From Patescibacteria group bacterium (GTDB lineage: Bacteria; Patescibacteriota; Minisyncoccia; Phycocordibacterales; Phycocordibacteraceae), in contig JBBTSZ010000002.1 in assembly GCA_038064495.1 (NCBI GenBank), positions 82,035 through 146,034 on the forward strand: a DNA stretch of 64,000 nt, in the 5' to 3' direction. The translations under genes were made by a program, and so were the position numbers. The notes beneath the pieces are model-generated. The model searched no databases, had not been told where the DNA came from, and worked only from the letters and a program-made list of their open reading frames with translations. Positions 48,997 to 57,765 of the stretch are shown here, in pieces. Each line of letters begins with the position of its first letter. Position 1 is the first letter of the stretch.

Positions 48997-50428
48997 ACCA
49001 GCTAACGAGCTCAGCATGGTCGAAGCAGGAAAGATGCTTCGCGACCACACTCTTACGGTCCAAGAATTATGGGACGCCTGTAGTAGTAGAGCGCATGCAC
49101 GGAACCCCGAACTCAATGCCTACCTTGAGCTCTTCCCGGCTGATGGGCCCGCGATACAGGCAGCTCAAAAGAGAATAGACACTGAGCGAGACACCGCTCC
49201 CGCACTCTGTGGGATTCCGCTTGCGATAAAAGACAATATCTTGATAGAGGGACATCTTGCGAGTGCTGCAAGCCAGATTCTTTCAAATTACACGGCGACG
49301 TACGACGCCACCGTTATTACTAAACTCAAGGCTGATGGCGCGCTCTTTCTTGGGAGAGCGAATATGGATGAGTTTGCTATGGGTTCATCAACTGAAAACT
49401 CGGCATTCGGTCCTTCAAAAAATCCACACGATACCTCGAGAGTCCCGGGAGGTTCGTCCGGTGGTTCCGCGAGCGCAGTTGCAGGACACCTTGCGCTCGC
49501 CGCTCTTGGTACGGACACGGGAGGCTCCATTCGTCAGCCAGCAGCTCACTGCGGACTCGTAGGGCTGAAACCGACCTACGGGCGTGTGTCGCGTAGCGGC
49601 GCAATTGCACTCGGTTCTTCACTTGATCAAATTGGCCCACTTACAAAGTCGGTTGCGGACGCGCAACTACTCTATGATGTACTCAAAGGGCACGATCCTC
49701 TAGATGCAACGACGATAACGGATGCTACCTACCCAGCACCAAAGATAAAAGAAAAGCTCATCATTGGTGTTCCCTATGACCTTCTTTCAGATGGTATTGA
49801 TGAAGATGTGCGAGCAACCTTTGATGCTACGCTTGCACGTCTTGCAGAAGCGGGACATACCCTTGTTTCGGTATCTCTTCCAACCAGTGAGTACGCACTC
49901 CCGACGTACTACGTCATTATGCCGGCAGAAGCCTCAACCAATCTTGCTCGGTATGACGGTATGCGTTACGGAAAAAGCACAACCGGAAAGAATTTGCTCG
50001 ACGAATATCTTGGTGCGCGTACCGAAGGGTTTGGTCCCGAGACAATCAGGCGTATTCTACTTGGCACCTTTGTTCTTTCTTCAGGTTACATTGATGCGTA
50101 CTATCGAAAAGCAGACGCAGCACGTGAAGTACTTACAAACGAGTATGACGAAGCATTCAAGACCTGTGACGTGATTGCATTTCCAACAACTCCAGCACCA
50201 GCATTTGCCTTTGGTGAAAAAACAGGAAACCCTGTTTCCATGTACCTTGAGGACGTGTTCACCGTGACCGCATGCTTAACCGGCATGCCTGCCATTTCAG
50301 TCCCGATGGGTATGGTTGAACGTGGTGGAAAACAGTTACCTATTGGTATGCATTTCACCGCACCAAAAGGGGCGGAGTCTATTCTCTTTACGGCAGGCGC
50401 ACTCATTACAGGCGAGGCGTTATACTAG
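48989..50428 (+). CDS. gatA: Asp/Glu-tRNA amidotransferase subunit A
   Basis: amidase signature GGSSGGSASAVA, Ser-cisSer-Lys triad region. Confidence 0.9.
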   Translation: MTKPANELSMVEAGKMLRDHTLTVQELWDACSSRAHARNPELNAYLELFPADGPAIQAAQKRIDTERDTAPALCGIPLAIKDNILIEGHLASAASQILSNYTATYDATVITKLKADGALFLGRANMDEFAMGSSTENSAFGPSKNPHDTSRVPGGSSGGSASAVAGHLALAALGTDTGGSIRQPAAHCGLVGLKPTYGRVSRSGAIALGSSLDQIGPLTKSVADAQLLYDVLKGHDPLDATTITDATYPAPKIKEKLIIGVPYDLLSDGIDEDVRATFDATLARLAEAGHTLVSVSLPTSEYALPTYYVIMPAEASTNLARYDGMRYGKSTTGKNLLDEYLGARTEGFGPETIRRILLGTFVLSSGYIDAYYRKADAAREVLTNEYDEAFKTCDVIAFPTTPAPAFAFGEKTGNPVSMYLEDVFTVTACLTGMPAISVPMGMVERGGKQLPIGMHFTAPKGAESILFTAGALITGEALY

Positions 50429-50434
50429 AGCGTA

Positions 50435-51073
50435 ATGGATCCGACTATCGTAGCAAGCGCCCCGGCGACTCAGGGAGGTGTTCACTTTTTGAATATTGAA
50501 TACCTCTTCTATCAACTGTACCTACTTTTTCATGGGGGAGGTGGTGTCGTTGGTGTGAGTCAGCAAGGGTTTACGGTTGCCTCACTTGCACCGTTATTTA
50601 CTACACTCTGGATTATCATCACAATTGTTGCATACCTGTTCTGCGTAGGGTTTTTCGCACTCTTTCTCTATTCGAGAACCCGCATTCATCAGGTTGAATC
50701 TGAAGAAGCCCTACGATATACGACCTTTACTGATGTACACGCAGCAGAACTAGAGACTGAACATCATCGGTGGAATCATATACGAACCCTCATCGAAAGC
50801 ACCTCATCAAATGACTGGCGTCAGGCGATTCTGGAGGCAGATATCATACTTGATGACATGTTGACCAGCCTTGGGTATCCGGGAGCGTCGGTAGGAGAGA
50901 AGCTTAAGGTAGTAGACCCGGCGAAGTTCCGTACACTGCAAGAGGCATGGGAAGCGCACAAAGTCAGGAACGAAATAGCTCACCAGGGTTCAGAATATCC
51001 GCTCACCGATCACATCGCGTATCGAACCATCCTGCATTACGAAAACGTCTTCAGGGAACACGGCGAGATATAG
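50435..51073 (+). CDS. membrane-anchored hypothetical protein with HEPN-like Rx4H motif
   Basis: two N-terminal TM helices; C-terminal helical domain ending ...KVRNEIAHQGSEY. Confidence 0.4.
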   Translation: MDPTIVASAPATQGGVHFLNIEYLFYQLYLLFHGGGGVVGVSQQGFTVASLAPLFTTLWIIITIVAYLFCVGFFALFLYSRTRIHQVESEEALRYTTFTDVHAAELETEHHRWNHIRTLIESTSSNDWRQAILEADIILDDMLTSLGYPGASVGEKLKVVDPAKFRTLQEAWEAHKVRNEIAHQGSEYPLTDHIAYRTILHYENVFREHGEI

Positions 51074-51081
51074 CTCAGCCG

Positions 51082-51109
51082 TTGCTTTTTCAAGAAAAGA
51101 GCCTATTAT
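51082..51109 (+). promoter_or_regulatory. candidate promoter TTGCTT-16-TATTAT upstream of tRNA
   Basis: hexamers and spacing seen directly. Confidence 0.35.
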
Positions 51110-51206
51110 ATAGGTTCCGCTCATACGGAGCGGGGTAGAGGATTGAGGTCATTCCCATGACGGGAGGGCAAATGCGAAGCCAGGCTTGGTTCAGTAGAAT
51201 ATACAT

Positions 51207-51277
51207 AGCGGGGTAGAGGAGAGGTACCTCGAGAGGCTCATAACCTCTAGACGCCGGTTCGATTCCGGCCCCCGCAA
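51207..51277 (+). tRNA. tRNA-Met (anticodon CAU), initiator-like
   Basis: loop CTCATAA; A1:A72 mismatch at acceptor end and A11:U24 in D-stem (initiator hallmarks); T-arm GCCGG-TTCGATT-CCGGC; CCA not encoded. Confidence 0.7.
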
Positions 51278-51287
51278 CAAGCAAAGA

Positions 51288-51318
51288 AAAACACTCGTCT
51301 CGTACGAGTGTTTTTCTT
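51288..51318 (+). terminator. terminator after tRNA
   Basis: AAACACTCGT-CTCGT-ACGAGTGTTTTTC. Confidence 0.55.
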
Positions 51319-51385
51319 TACGATGCGAGGAAGTAAGAAATTTTTCATACACTTCGTTTTGAGAAAAACAAAACGCATCCAAGTG

Positions 51386-51889
51386 TTACGTAGCCGGATT
51401 CGGATAAATTGGAGAAAGTATTTCGTTAGTAGTATGACCCTGTGTAAAGTTACCCCAACGAATCCACTTTGGAATAAGTCTATAGAATCTGAGTGTGCTT
51501 GAATCAAAACGAGTGAGTGGCGCCCCGTATGTCGCATTGGACATGAGAGTATCTACTAACTTGACGAGTGTAGGCTCTATCGTTGCTGTTTCAGTAAGAT
51601 CAGTGATATCACCTTCAATCTGAAGGGTACGAGGTACGTCACTCTCAGCTATAACGAACGAAGCACTCGAATTATTTGCAAGATCAGATACTTTACGAGT
51701 ATTCGCCAACGTTATGAAGTAAAGAGAGAATGTATCATCGGAGGCGTAGTAAACAAAACGAGAACGAGACTTATGTTCTGTAGATACGGTGGATAATACA
51801 CCGGTTGTGTGGGACATAAGAAATGAAAGAGCCTCTTCGCGCTTGTCTGTGGGTGGCATTTCCATAATCTCAATTCTATCACCCCCCAA
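51386..51889 (-). CDS. pyridoxamine 5-phosphate oxidase-like FMN-binding protein
   Basis: split-barrel family pattern (LSTVS..G.P....VYY); family by recall. Confidence 0.5.
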   Translation of the reverse strand: MGGDRIEIMEMPPTDKREEALSFLMSHTTGVLSTVSTEHKSRSRFVYYASDDTFSLYFITLANTRKVSDLANNSSASFVIAESDVPRTLQIEGDITDLTETATIEPTLVKLVDTLMSNATYGAPLTRFDSSTLRFYRLIPKWIRWGNFTQGHTTNEILSPIYPNPAT

Positions 51890-51943
51890 AAACGATAAAG
51901 ACCTGGCTCCTAGCCAGGTCTTTATCGTTAGTGATTGGAATTC

Positions 51944-52168
51944 CTACATCACACTGCACATTCTGCAGTCTTTCTTGTGACCAAGAACGAGATACACCGC
52001 TGAAACACCGACAAGTACATAGACCAACCACTCAACGGTAGGCCAACTGCCGAGAACCATATGCACCACGTTCCAGTCTGAGCCCATGAATCCTCCAAGA
52101 CCGATAAGACCCCAGTTAAGAGCTCCTATGATTGCGAGAAGGAAGGTGACTATGTGAAGTCCTTTCAT
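51944..52168 (-). CDS. DUF378 family small membrane protein
   Basis: ALNWGLIGL motif; start MKGLHIV.. within ORF 51944..52204. Confidence 0.55.
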   Translation of the reverse strand: MKGLHIVTFLLAIIGALNWGLIGLGGFMGSDWNVVHMVLGSWPTVEWLVYVLVGVSAVYLVLGHKKDCRMCSVM

Positions 52169-52257
52169 GAAAGTTCGTTTAGTTACTAAAAAGCCCTCTA
52201 CCACCTATAAGTATGAGGTCTTTTTGAAGTAAGAAAGTACGTGAAGGGGATAATGTA

Positions 52258-52779
52258 TTATGCAATGTTCGTGCCTTGGTGACGTAGTACAATACGCCAC
52301 TCGCGATAGATGAAGTACATAACAATCAAGTCAAAGATTGTAATCCCAACAATAATGACAGAACTATCTTTCACAATCTGAACAAGCTGATAGAGCACAA
52401 ACAAACTTAAGATTCCGAGCGAAAGTGGGTACGACCACATCTTATTGTGTAAGAGACCCCATATCATACCGACCTTAATCAGACCGCGAGATAGTAGATA
52501 TAGTGCTAGGAAGGTGACGGCACCAGTGGTGTATGCCGATACCTCACCCATGAGTGCATTTTGAAGTGCGGGTATTGGGATAAACTGAAGAAAAAACGTC
52601 CCAAACATAACAATGACTGTGGGCGGAATAAAAAATACCACGCACCCCGCAATCACTTCAGCGAGAGAAATTGCGCCTTTCAACATAACGCTCCATTTAA
52701 AAAACTGATATATTTCTCGCTCCTCTTTCCGGGATTCCATGTCCGTAGGGTAGCACAGTGAGTTAGACGTAGCTGACAC
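52258..52779 (-). CDS. hypothetical integral membrane protein
   Basis: 4-5 TM helices. Confidence 0.4.
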   Translation of the reverse strand: MSATSNSLCYPTDMESRKEEREIYQFFKWSVMLKGAISLAEVIAGCVVFFIPPTVIVMFGTFFLQFIPIPALQNALMGEVSAYTTGAVTFLALYLLSRGLIKVGMIWGLLHNKMWSYPLSLGILSLFVLYQLVQIVKDSSVIIVGITIFDLIVMYFIYREWRIVLRHQGTNIA

Positions 52780-52790
52780 TTTTATATAGT

Positions 52791-53495
52791 ATGCAGTGCA
52801 TGCAAGCAGTCATACTCGCAGCAGGTGTAGGCAAGCGTATGCTTCCACTAACGCTCGACCTTCCAAAGCCCTTGGTGAGGGTCGCGGGGAGAACTATTAT
52901 TGAGTACGTTCTTACTGCACTCCCCTCTGAGATTGATGAGATCATACTTATCGTCGGCTATAAGGCGGAAATGATTAAGGATTTTCTTGGTGAGGTATAC
53001 AAAGGGCGCGTGATTCGCTACGTGCATCAGGAGAAACCAGAGGGAACTGCTCGAGCACTCGCTCTCGCTCAACCGTATATTTCAGGAAGGTTCATCCTTA
53101 TGAATGCAGACGATATTCATGGTGCTGAAGCACTCAAAGAAGCACTACAGTATCCGCTTGCCGTCCTCGTTGCTCCCTACCGTGACCCTTCACGCATGGG
53201 AGTCGTGAGTTGTCGGGAAGATGGAACACTTGAGTCAATTATTGAAAAACCCGAACATCCGGAAAGTAACGTGGTATCAACTGGAGCCATGATTCTTGAT
53301 GAGCAAATCTTCATGTACGAGACACCTCAAAATGAAAATGGGGAGTACTATATCAACGAACCGCTCAAAATGCTTGCAGCGGACAAACCTATAACCGTTG
53401 TTACTCAACCACTATGGATTCCAGTAGGTTGTCCGGAGGACATATCTCTTGCTGAGGAGAGACTCAAAGACATTGAAGAGAGAGGCGATACATAG
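52791..53495 (+). CDS. sugar-phosphate nucleotidyltransferase
   Basis: AVILAAGVGKRMLPLT...KPLV..AG glycine-rich NTP_transferase motif. Confidence 0.75.
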   Translation: MQCMQAVILAAGVGKRMLPLTLDLPKPLVRVAGRTIIEYVLTALPSEIDEIILIVGYKAEMIKDFLGEVYKGRVIRYVHQEKPEGTARALALAQPYISGRFILMNADDIHGAEALKEALQYPLAVLVAPYRDPSRMGVVSCREDGTLESIIEKPEHPESNVVSTGAMILDEQIFMYETPQNENGEYYINEPLKMLAADKPITVVTQPLWIPVGCPEDISLAEERLKDIEERGDT

Positions 53496-53541
53496 TAAGC
53501 TCGCTCATATATACGGTCTACACCTTATATACCCAACACCT

Positions 53542-53617
53542 GCTGGTGTAGCTCAGGTAGTTAGAGCATGGGACTCATAAACCCAAGGTCGAAGGTGCAA
53601 GTCCTTCCACCAGCACC
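53542..53617 (+). tRNA. tRNA-Met (anticodon CAU), elongator-type
   Basis: acceptor GCTGGTG/CACCAGC, D-arm TAGCTCAGGTAGTTAGAGC, loop CTCATAA, unusual T-loop TGCAAGT. Confidence 0.7.
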
Positions 53618-53677
53618 CGAAGACACCGGTTATTGAACATAGCGCCTAAAAAAGCTATATTCGGTAAGTTCGCTATT

Positions 53678-53753
53678 GCGGCCATAGCTCAACTGGTTAG
53701 AGCACCCGCCTGTCACGCGGGAGGTTGCCGGTTCAAGTCCGGTTGGCCGCGCC
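53678..53753 (+). tRNA. tRNA-Asp (anticodon GUC)
   Basis: acceptor GCGGCCA/TGGCCGC, loop CTGTCAC, G73. Confidence 0.85.
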
Positions 53754-53801
53754 GAGATAATTGTAGATTGGTTTAGTGCAAGTTTGATAGAATCATAGTG
53801 T

Positions 53802-54410
53802 ATGAGGAAAATCATTACCACCACATTCATTACGCTCGACGGTGTGATGCAGGCGCCGGGTGGACCTGAGGAAGATACCTCAGGCGGATTTGCGTATGGC
53901 GGCTGGCAAAGGTCTTTTCCCCAGGACGAGGAACTGATTTCGATTTTGAGTGGGTTCTTTAGCATCTCATTTGAGCTGCTCCTCGGAAAAACTACCTACG
54001 AAATCTTTGCAACATATTGGCCGAGCGCAACGACCGATCTCGAGGTAGCGAGTCCCTTTAATAGAACAAAGAAATACGTCGTATCACATGAATCATTCGA
54101 GCCTTCGTGGGAGAACTCAGTTTGTATTACCGGGGATGTCGTGGCGCAACTGGAGGAACTGAAGAAACAAGACGGTCCAGATTTGTGGGTCTGGGGCAGC
54201 GGGAATCTCATCCAAACACTGCTCAACGAGCATTTGATTGATCAGATGCATTTGTGGATACATCCTATTACCCTGGGCACTGGCAAGCGGCTGTTCGCAA
54301 AAGGAACACAAGCAGAAGGCTTTACACTTGTTGATTCTAAAATCGGAACAACTGGCCTTATTTTCGCCACCTACGAGCCAGCAGGAGAGATTAAGACCGG
54401 CTCTAGTTGA
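53802..54410 (+). CDS. dihydrofolate reductase-like (RibD C-terminal domain) family protein
   Basis: MRKIITTTFITLDGV..., WVWGSGNL motif. Confidence 0.6.
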   Translation: MRKIITTTFITLDGVMQAPGGPEEDTSGGFAYGGWQRSFPQDEELISILSGFFSISFELLLGKTTYEIFATYWPSATTDLEVASPFNRTKKYVVSHESFEPSWENSVCITGDVVAQLEELKKQDGPDLWVWGSGNLIQTLLNEHLIDQMHLWIHPITLGTGKRLFAKGTQAEGFTLVDSKIGTTGLIFATYEPAGEIKTGSS

Positions 54411-54441
54411 GGTCTTTCTCTGACCATATATACTGACGCAT

Positions 54442-54930
54442 ATGAATACGAATGTTGCACTTGGGATTGTGGGAGGGATTATCCTTGCCGTTGTCGGATT
54501 TTTTATTGCTAACCATCCACAGTCGCCCGAGATTGTGAATACTGCGCCTGCAATGACTGGAACTTCAAGCCAATCTGGGGTTATTGGAGCTCCAGCAGAA
54601 CTTGGAGCCATGGTGCCCGAGCCTACAAAACGCTACACGAGCAGGCCGGCGATTACCGTTACCTCCCAAGCCAAGACTACAAGTTTTGACAACCCGGACT
54701 CAACAACAACCGAATCACATCCAACACTCACTGGAAAAGCAAATATAAAGAGCATTTCCGTCATTATTGTGAACAGCGACCGGGTCGGTATCTGTGCCGG
54801 ATGGGATATCGCGGTCGAGAATGGCGTTTGGAATTACACCGCACCGATTGAACTCAAACCAGGAGCATATACACTTCAACTTCTTGGCGGAGATACCGTT
54901 ATTGAGACTTCGCTTACGGTAAAGTCCTAA
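54442..54930 (+). CDS. membrane-anchored extracytoplasmic hypothetical protein
   Basis: N-terminal TM, T/S-rich linker. Confidence 0.4.
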   Translation: MNTNVALGIVGGIILAVVGFFIANHPQSPEIVNTAPAMTGTSSQSGVIGAPAELGAMVPEPTKRYTSRPAITVTSQAKTTSFDNPDSTTTESHPTLTGKANIKSISVIIVNSDRVGICAGWDIAVENGVWNYTAPIELKPGAYTLQLLGGDTVIETSLTVKS

Positions 54931-54950
54931 CATACATACGCCTTTCTACT

Positions 54951-55550
54951 ATGAAAAACCACCTTACCGTCCTGCTCGGTACCGTTCTCATTCTCGGCGG
55001 AGTCGTTTTCGTATTTTTTAGTCAAAAGACAGCAAATACGGGAAGTCTTGAAAGCATCAGTACGAGCGAAGCACCGTGGCCAGCTGAGGTCGCTCACTTG
55101 CGTGAACGTTTGAACGCTATACATCTACCTGCACTCACAAGCGAGGGACAGGCGCTCCACACTCACCAACACCTGGATATTTTCATTCACGGACAGTCCG
55201 TTCCGGTACCTGCAGATATTGGAGTTAACGAGGGCCCAGGAGGTTTTATCTCAAGCATCCACACCCACGATACAACGGCCATGATTCATGTTGAATCTCC
55301 GACCATAGAAAAGTTCTATGTAGGTCAGTTTTTCGATATTTGGGGTGTGAGACTTTCACAAACCTGCATCGGCGGATATTGCGCTGACGATAAGAATACA
55401 CTGACTCTGTATGTGAATGGAACAAAGTATGAAGGAGACCCACGTACTTTGGAACTTACGGCGCACGAGCAGATTACGATTGTGTATGGAACTCTCGAAG
55501 AAGCACCAACAACACTTCCTAGTAGCTACATCTTCCCAGAAGGTTCGTAA
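54951..55550 (+). CDS. membrane-anchored extracytoplasmic hypothetical protein
   Basis: N-terminal TM; His-rich HTHQHLDIFIHGQ and HTHDTTAMIH segments. Confidence 0.4.
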   Translation: MKNHLTVLLGTVLILGGVVFVFFSQKTANTGSLESISTSEAPWPAEVAHLRERLNAIHLPALTSEGQALHTHQHLDIFIHGQSVPVPADIGVNEGPGGFISSIHTHDTTAMIHVESPTIEKFYVGQFFDIWGVRLSQTCIGGYCADDKNTLTLYVNGTKYEGDPRTLELTAHEQITIVYGTLEEAPTTLPSSYIFPEGS

Positions 55551-55647
55551 TTTCAGAATCTACGAAACGACTTATTAAAACTCGACGCAAGTCTCAGTAG
55601 AATTGAGAAATTACAGCCTTCACGGTAGGATACGATAGTTCTGCCCA

Positions 55648-55922
55648 GCCGTTGTAGCTCAGGGGTAGAGCAACTCCATGGTGGGTCGTCTGATTCCTGC
55701 CCACCGTTTTCGTGAGAAAACGGTGAATCCCGAATAACGGTTAATAGCTCCACAAGCCAAGACCGTGGCACGAGATTTCTCGGGCCCGAACGACTGACAA
55801 GGGCCCCTCTTCCAGCATATAAGCTGGAAGAGGGGAAGATACAGTCTAGTCCTTCTCCAAGTGGTTTGGAGAGAAGGTGTAAACGAAGGAGTAGGTCGGC
55901 AGTTCAATTCTGCCCAACGGCT
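55648..55922 (+). tRNA. tRNA-Thr (anticodon GGU) interrupted by a 203-nt group I-like intron between positions 36 and 37
   Basis: exon 1 55648-55682: GCCGTTG-TA-GCTC-AGGGGTA-GAGC-A-ACTCC-ATGGT; exon 2 55886-55922: AA-GGAGT-AGGTC-GGCAG-TTCAATT-CTGCC-CAACGGC-T; exons join into a perfect cloverleaf; intron 55683-55885 ends with G and contains 10-13 bp perfect helices. Confidence 0.7.
55683..55885 (+). other. putative group I self-splicing intron in tRNA-Thr anticodon loop
   Basis: preceded by U, ends with G; helices CACCGTTTTC/GAAAACGGTG, CCCCTCTTCCAGC/GCTGGAAGAGGGG, CCTTCTCCAA/TTGGAGAGAAGG. Confidence 0.55.
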
Positions 55923-55988
55923 CACACATACACATCTATCGGACGAAGGCTTGATAGAGAGCCCTCTTGTAGGGTAGATTAGCAACAC

Positions 55989-56064
55989 GCCACCTTAGCT
56001 CAGTTGGTAGAGCATTTCACTCGTAACGAAAAGGTCCGCAGTTCGATCCTGCGAGGTGGCTCCA
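55989..56064 (+). tRNA. tRNA-Thr (anticodon CGU)
   Basis: acceptor GCCACCT/AGGTGGC, loop CTCGTAA, T-arm CGCAG-TTCGATC-CTGCG, CCA encoded. Confidence 0.8.
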
Positions 56065-56100
56065 AAAAGTGAACGCCCGGGATTTTGCTATACTCGCTCC

Positions 56101-56988
56101 ATGACTGATACGCCTCCCTCACGGCTCGAAGAAATAGAGGCGCTCATGGCGAGTCCAGATTTCTGGGCTGATAAAGACACTGCGCAAGCGGTGGTACGTG
56201 AGTATCAATCCCTCAAGGATGGGGGAGAGGTAGGAGATGATCCGCATGACGCAGGCGGTTCCACTCTTGCGGTCTTAGCAGGTGCAGGCGGAGACGATGC
56301 TGAAGATTTTGCTCGCATGCTCCGTCGTATGTATGAAGGATATGCGGGAAAGAAAGGATGGGGCGTTCGTGAACTCCACGCAAACGAAAACGACCATGGA
56401 GGATTTAGAAATGTACTACTTGAAATTACCGGGAGGGGTGTCTACGGAACACTCAAGCGAGAGTCCGGTGTGCACCGCCTAGTACGCATCTCACCCTTTA
56501 ATGCAAACGCGAAGCGCCAGACTTCCTTTGCGCTCGTGGAAGTGCTCCCCATGCTCGTGCCTGGAGAGAAAATAGTTCTCAAAGACGACGAGCTTGATAT
56601 GCAGTTTGCAAAATCGGGTGGGGCTGGTGGACAAAACGTAAATAAGCGAGAAACAGCAGTGCGAATTGTGCATACGCCCACCGGCACCTCCGTCCATGTT
56701 TCAAGCGAGCGGTCTCAGCAAGCGAACCGTGAAAAGGCGCTAGAACTCCTCCAAGCCAAGCTCTACACCAAACAAAAAGAGCGCGAGGAATTAGAGGCAA
56801 AGGGACGCTCTATTGCGGCTAATTCTTCAAATGAATGGGGCAGCCAAATGCGTTCCTATGTACTGCATCCCTACAAAATGGTGAAAGATCACGAGACAGG
56901 ACATGAGTCACATGATCCGGAATCAGTGCTCGAAGGAGATCTGGATGGCTTTATAGAAGCAGCTCGAACGTTCGTCCCGGAAAACTAA
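56101..56988 (+). CDS. prfB: peptide chain release factor 2 (short, no programmed frameshift)
   Basis: SPF and GGQ motifs (RISPFNANAKRQTSF; SGGAGGQNVNK); starts right after tRNA, about 295 aa. Confidence 0.8.
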   Translation: MTDTPPSRLEEIEALMASPDFWADKDTAQAVVREYQSLKDGGEVGDDPHDAGGSTLAVLAGAGGDDAEDFARMLRRMYEGYAGKKGWGVRELHANENDHGGFRNVLLEITGRGVYGTLKRESGVHRLVRISPFNANAKRQTSFALVEVLPMLVPGEKIVLKDDELDMQFAKSGGAGGQNVNKRETAVRIVHTPTGTSVHVSSERSQQANREKALELLQAKLYTKQKEREELEAKGRSIAANSSNEWGSQMRSYVLHPYKMVKDHETGHESHDPESVLEGDLDGFIEAARTFVPEN

Positions 56989-57074
56989 CTTATCCCCAGC
57001 AAACGCCCTGAAAGTAAGGAAAAGGTAGCTGTTCATAGACGAGTAACTTTGAAGTAGGGTACAATGGCTCCGTC

Positions 57075-57755
57075 ATGATCTATTTTGATAAAGTTACGAA
57101 AACCTACCGAGACGGAACACCAGCACTAGAAGACGTCACCATCTCCATCGCCCCGAAAGAATTTGTTTCCATCGTCGGTCACTCCGGTGCTGGAAAAACG
57201 ACCTTATTAAAAATGCTTCTCGCAGAAGAGAGACCGACCACCGGTTCGGTCTTTTTTGAGTCAGTTGACGTGCATGCGCTTCCAACAAACACCTTGCATC
57301 ACTACCGCAGGAAGCTCGGCATGGTCTTCCAAGACTTCCGTCTCATCCCGAACAAAACCGCCTACGAAAACATAGCCTTTGCGATGGAGGCAGCAGGGAG
57401 GCCCGATGATGAGATTGCGAGCGACGTACCGCATATCTTGGATCTCGTTGACCTCACGGGGAAGTCACACCATTTTCCGAGCCAGCTCTCAGGCGGGGAG
57501 CAGCAGCGTGTTGCGATTGGTCGGGCTATTGTGAACCAGCCCGATGTTATTGTTGCGGACGAGCCAACGGGGAATCTTGATCCTATTAATACCTATGAAG
57601 TTATTGAAATCCTGAAGAAGATTAATCAGCTCGGTACCACGGTACTCATCACCACACACAACAAAGGAGTCGTGGACGCACTTGGTAAGCGAGTAGTCAC
57701 GATGGACCGTGGTCGGGTCGTACGTGACGATCAGCGTGGTCAGTACGTACTGTAG
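57075..57755 (+). CDS. ftsE: cell division ATP-binding protein FtsE
   Basis: ABC ATPase Walker [10 protein letters not shown], signature LSGGEQQR. Confidence 0.85.
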   Translation: MIYFDKVTKTYRDGTPALEDVTISIAPKEFVSIVGHSGAGKTTLLKMLLAEERPTTGSVFFESVDVHALPTNTLHHYRRKLGMVFQDFRLIPNKTAYENIAFAMEAAGRPDDEIASDVPHILDLVDLTGKSHHFPSQLSGGEQQRVAIGRAIVNQPDVIVADEPTGNLDPINTYEVIEILKKINQLGTTVLITTHNKGVVDALGKRVVTMDRGRVVRDDQRGQYVL

Positions 57756-57765
57756 TATCTAATTC

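Noticed and set aside
51090-51382. Minus-strand ORFs of 63-64 aa containing AGIEPASRGYE
   Set aside because: They are reverse translations of the tRNA-Met T-arm/acceptor and terminator; not coding.
53630-53965. 111-aa minus-strand ORF spanning tRNA-Asp region
   Set aside because: Overlaps a tRNA and the start of the DHFR-like gene; translation includes reverse-complement tRNA T-arm artefact (GLEPAT).
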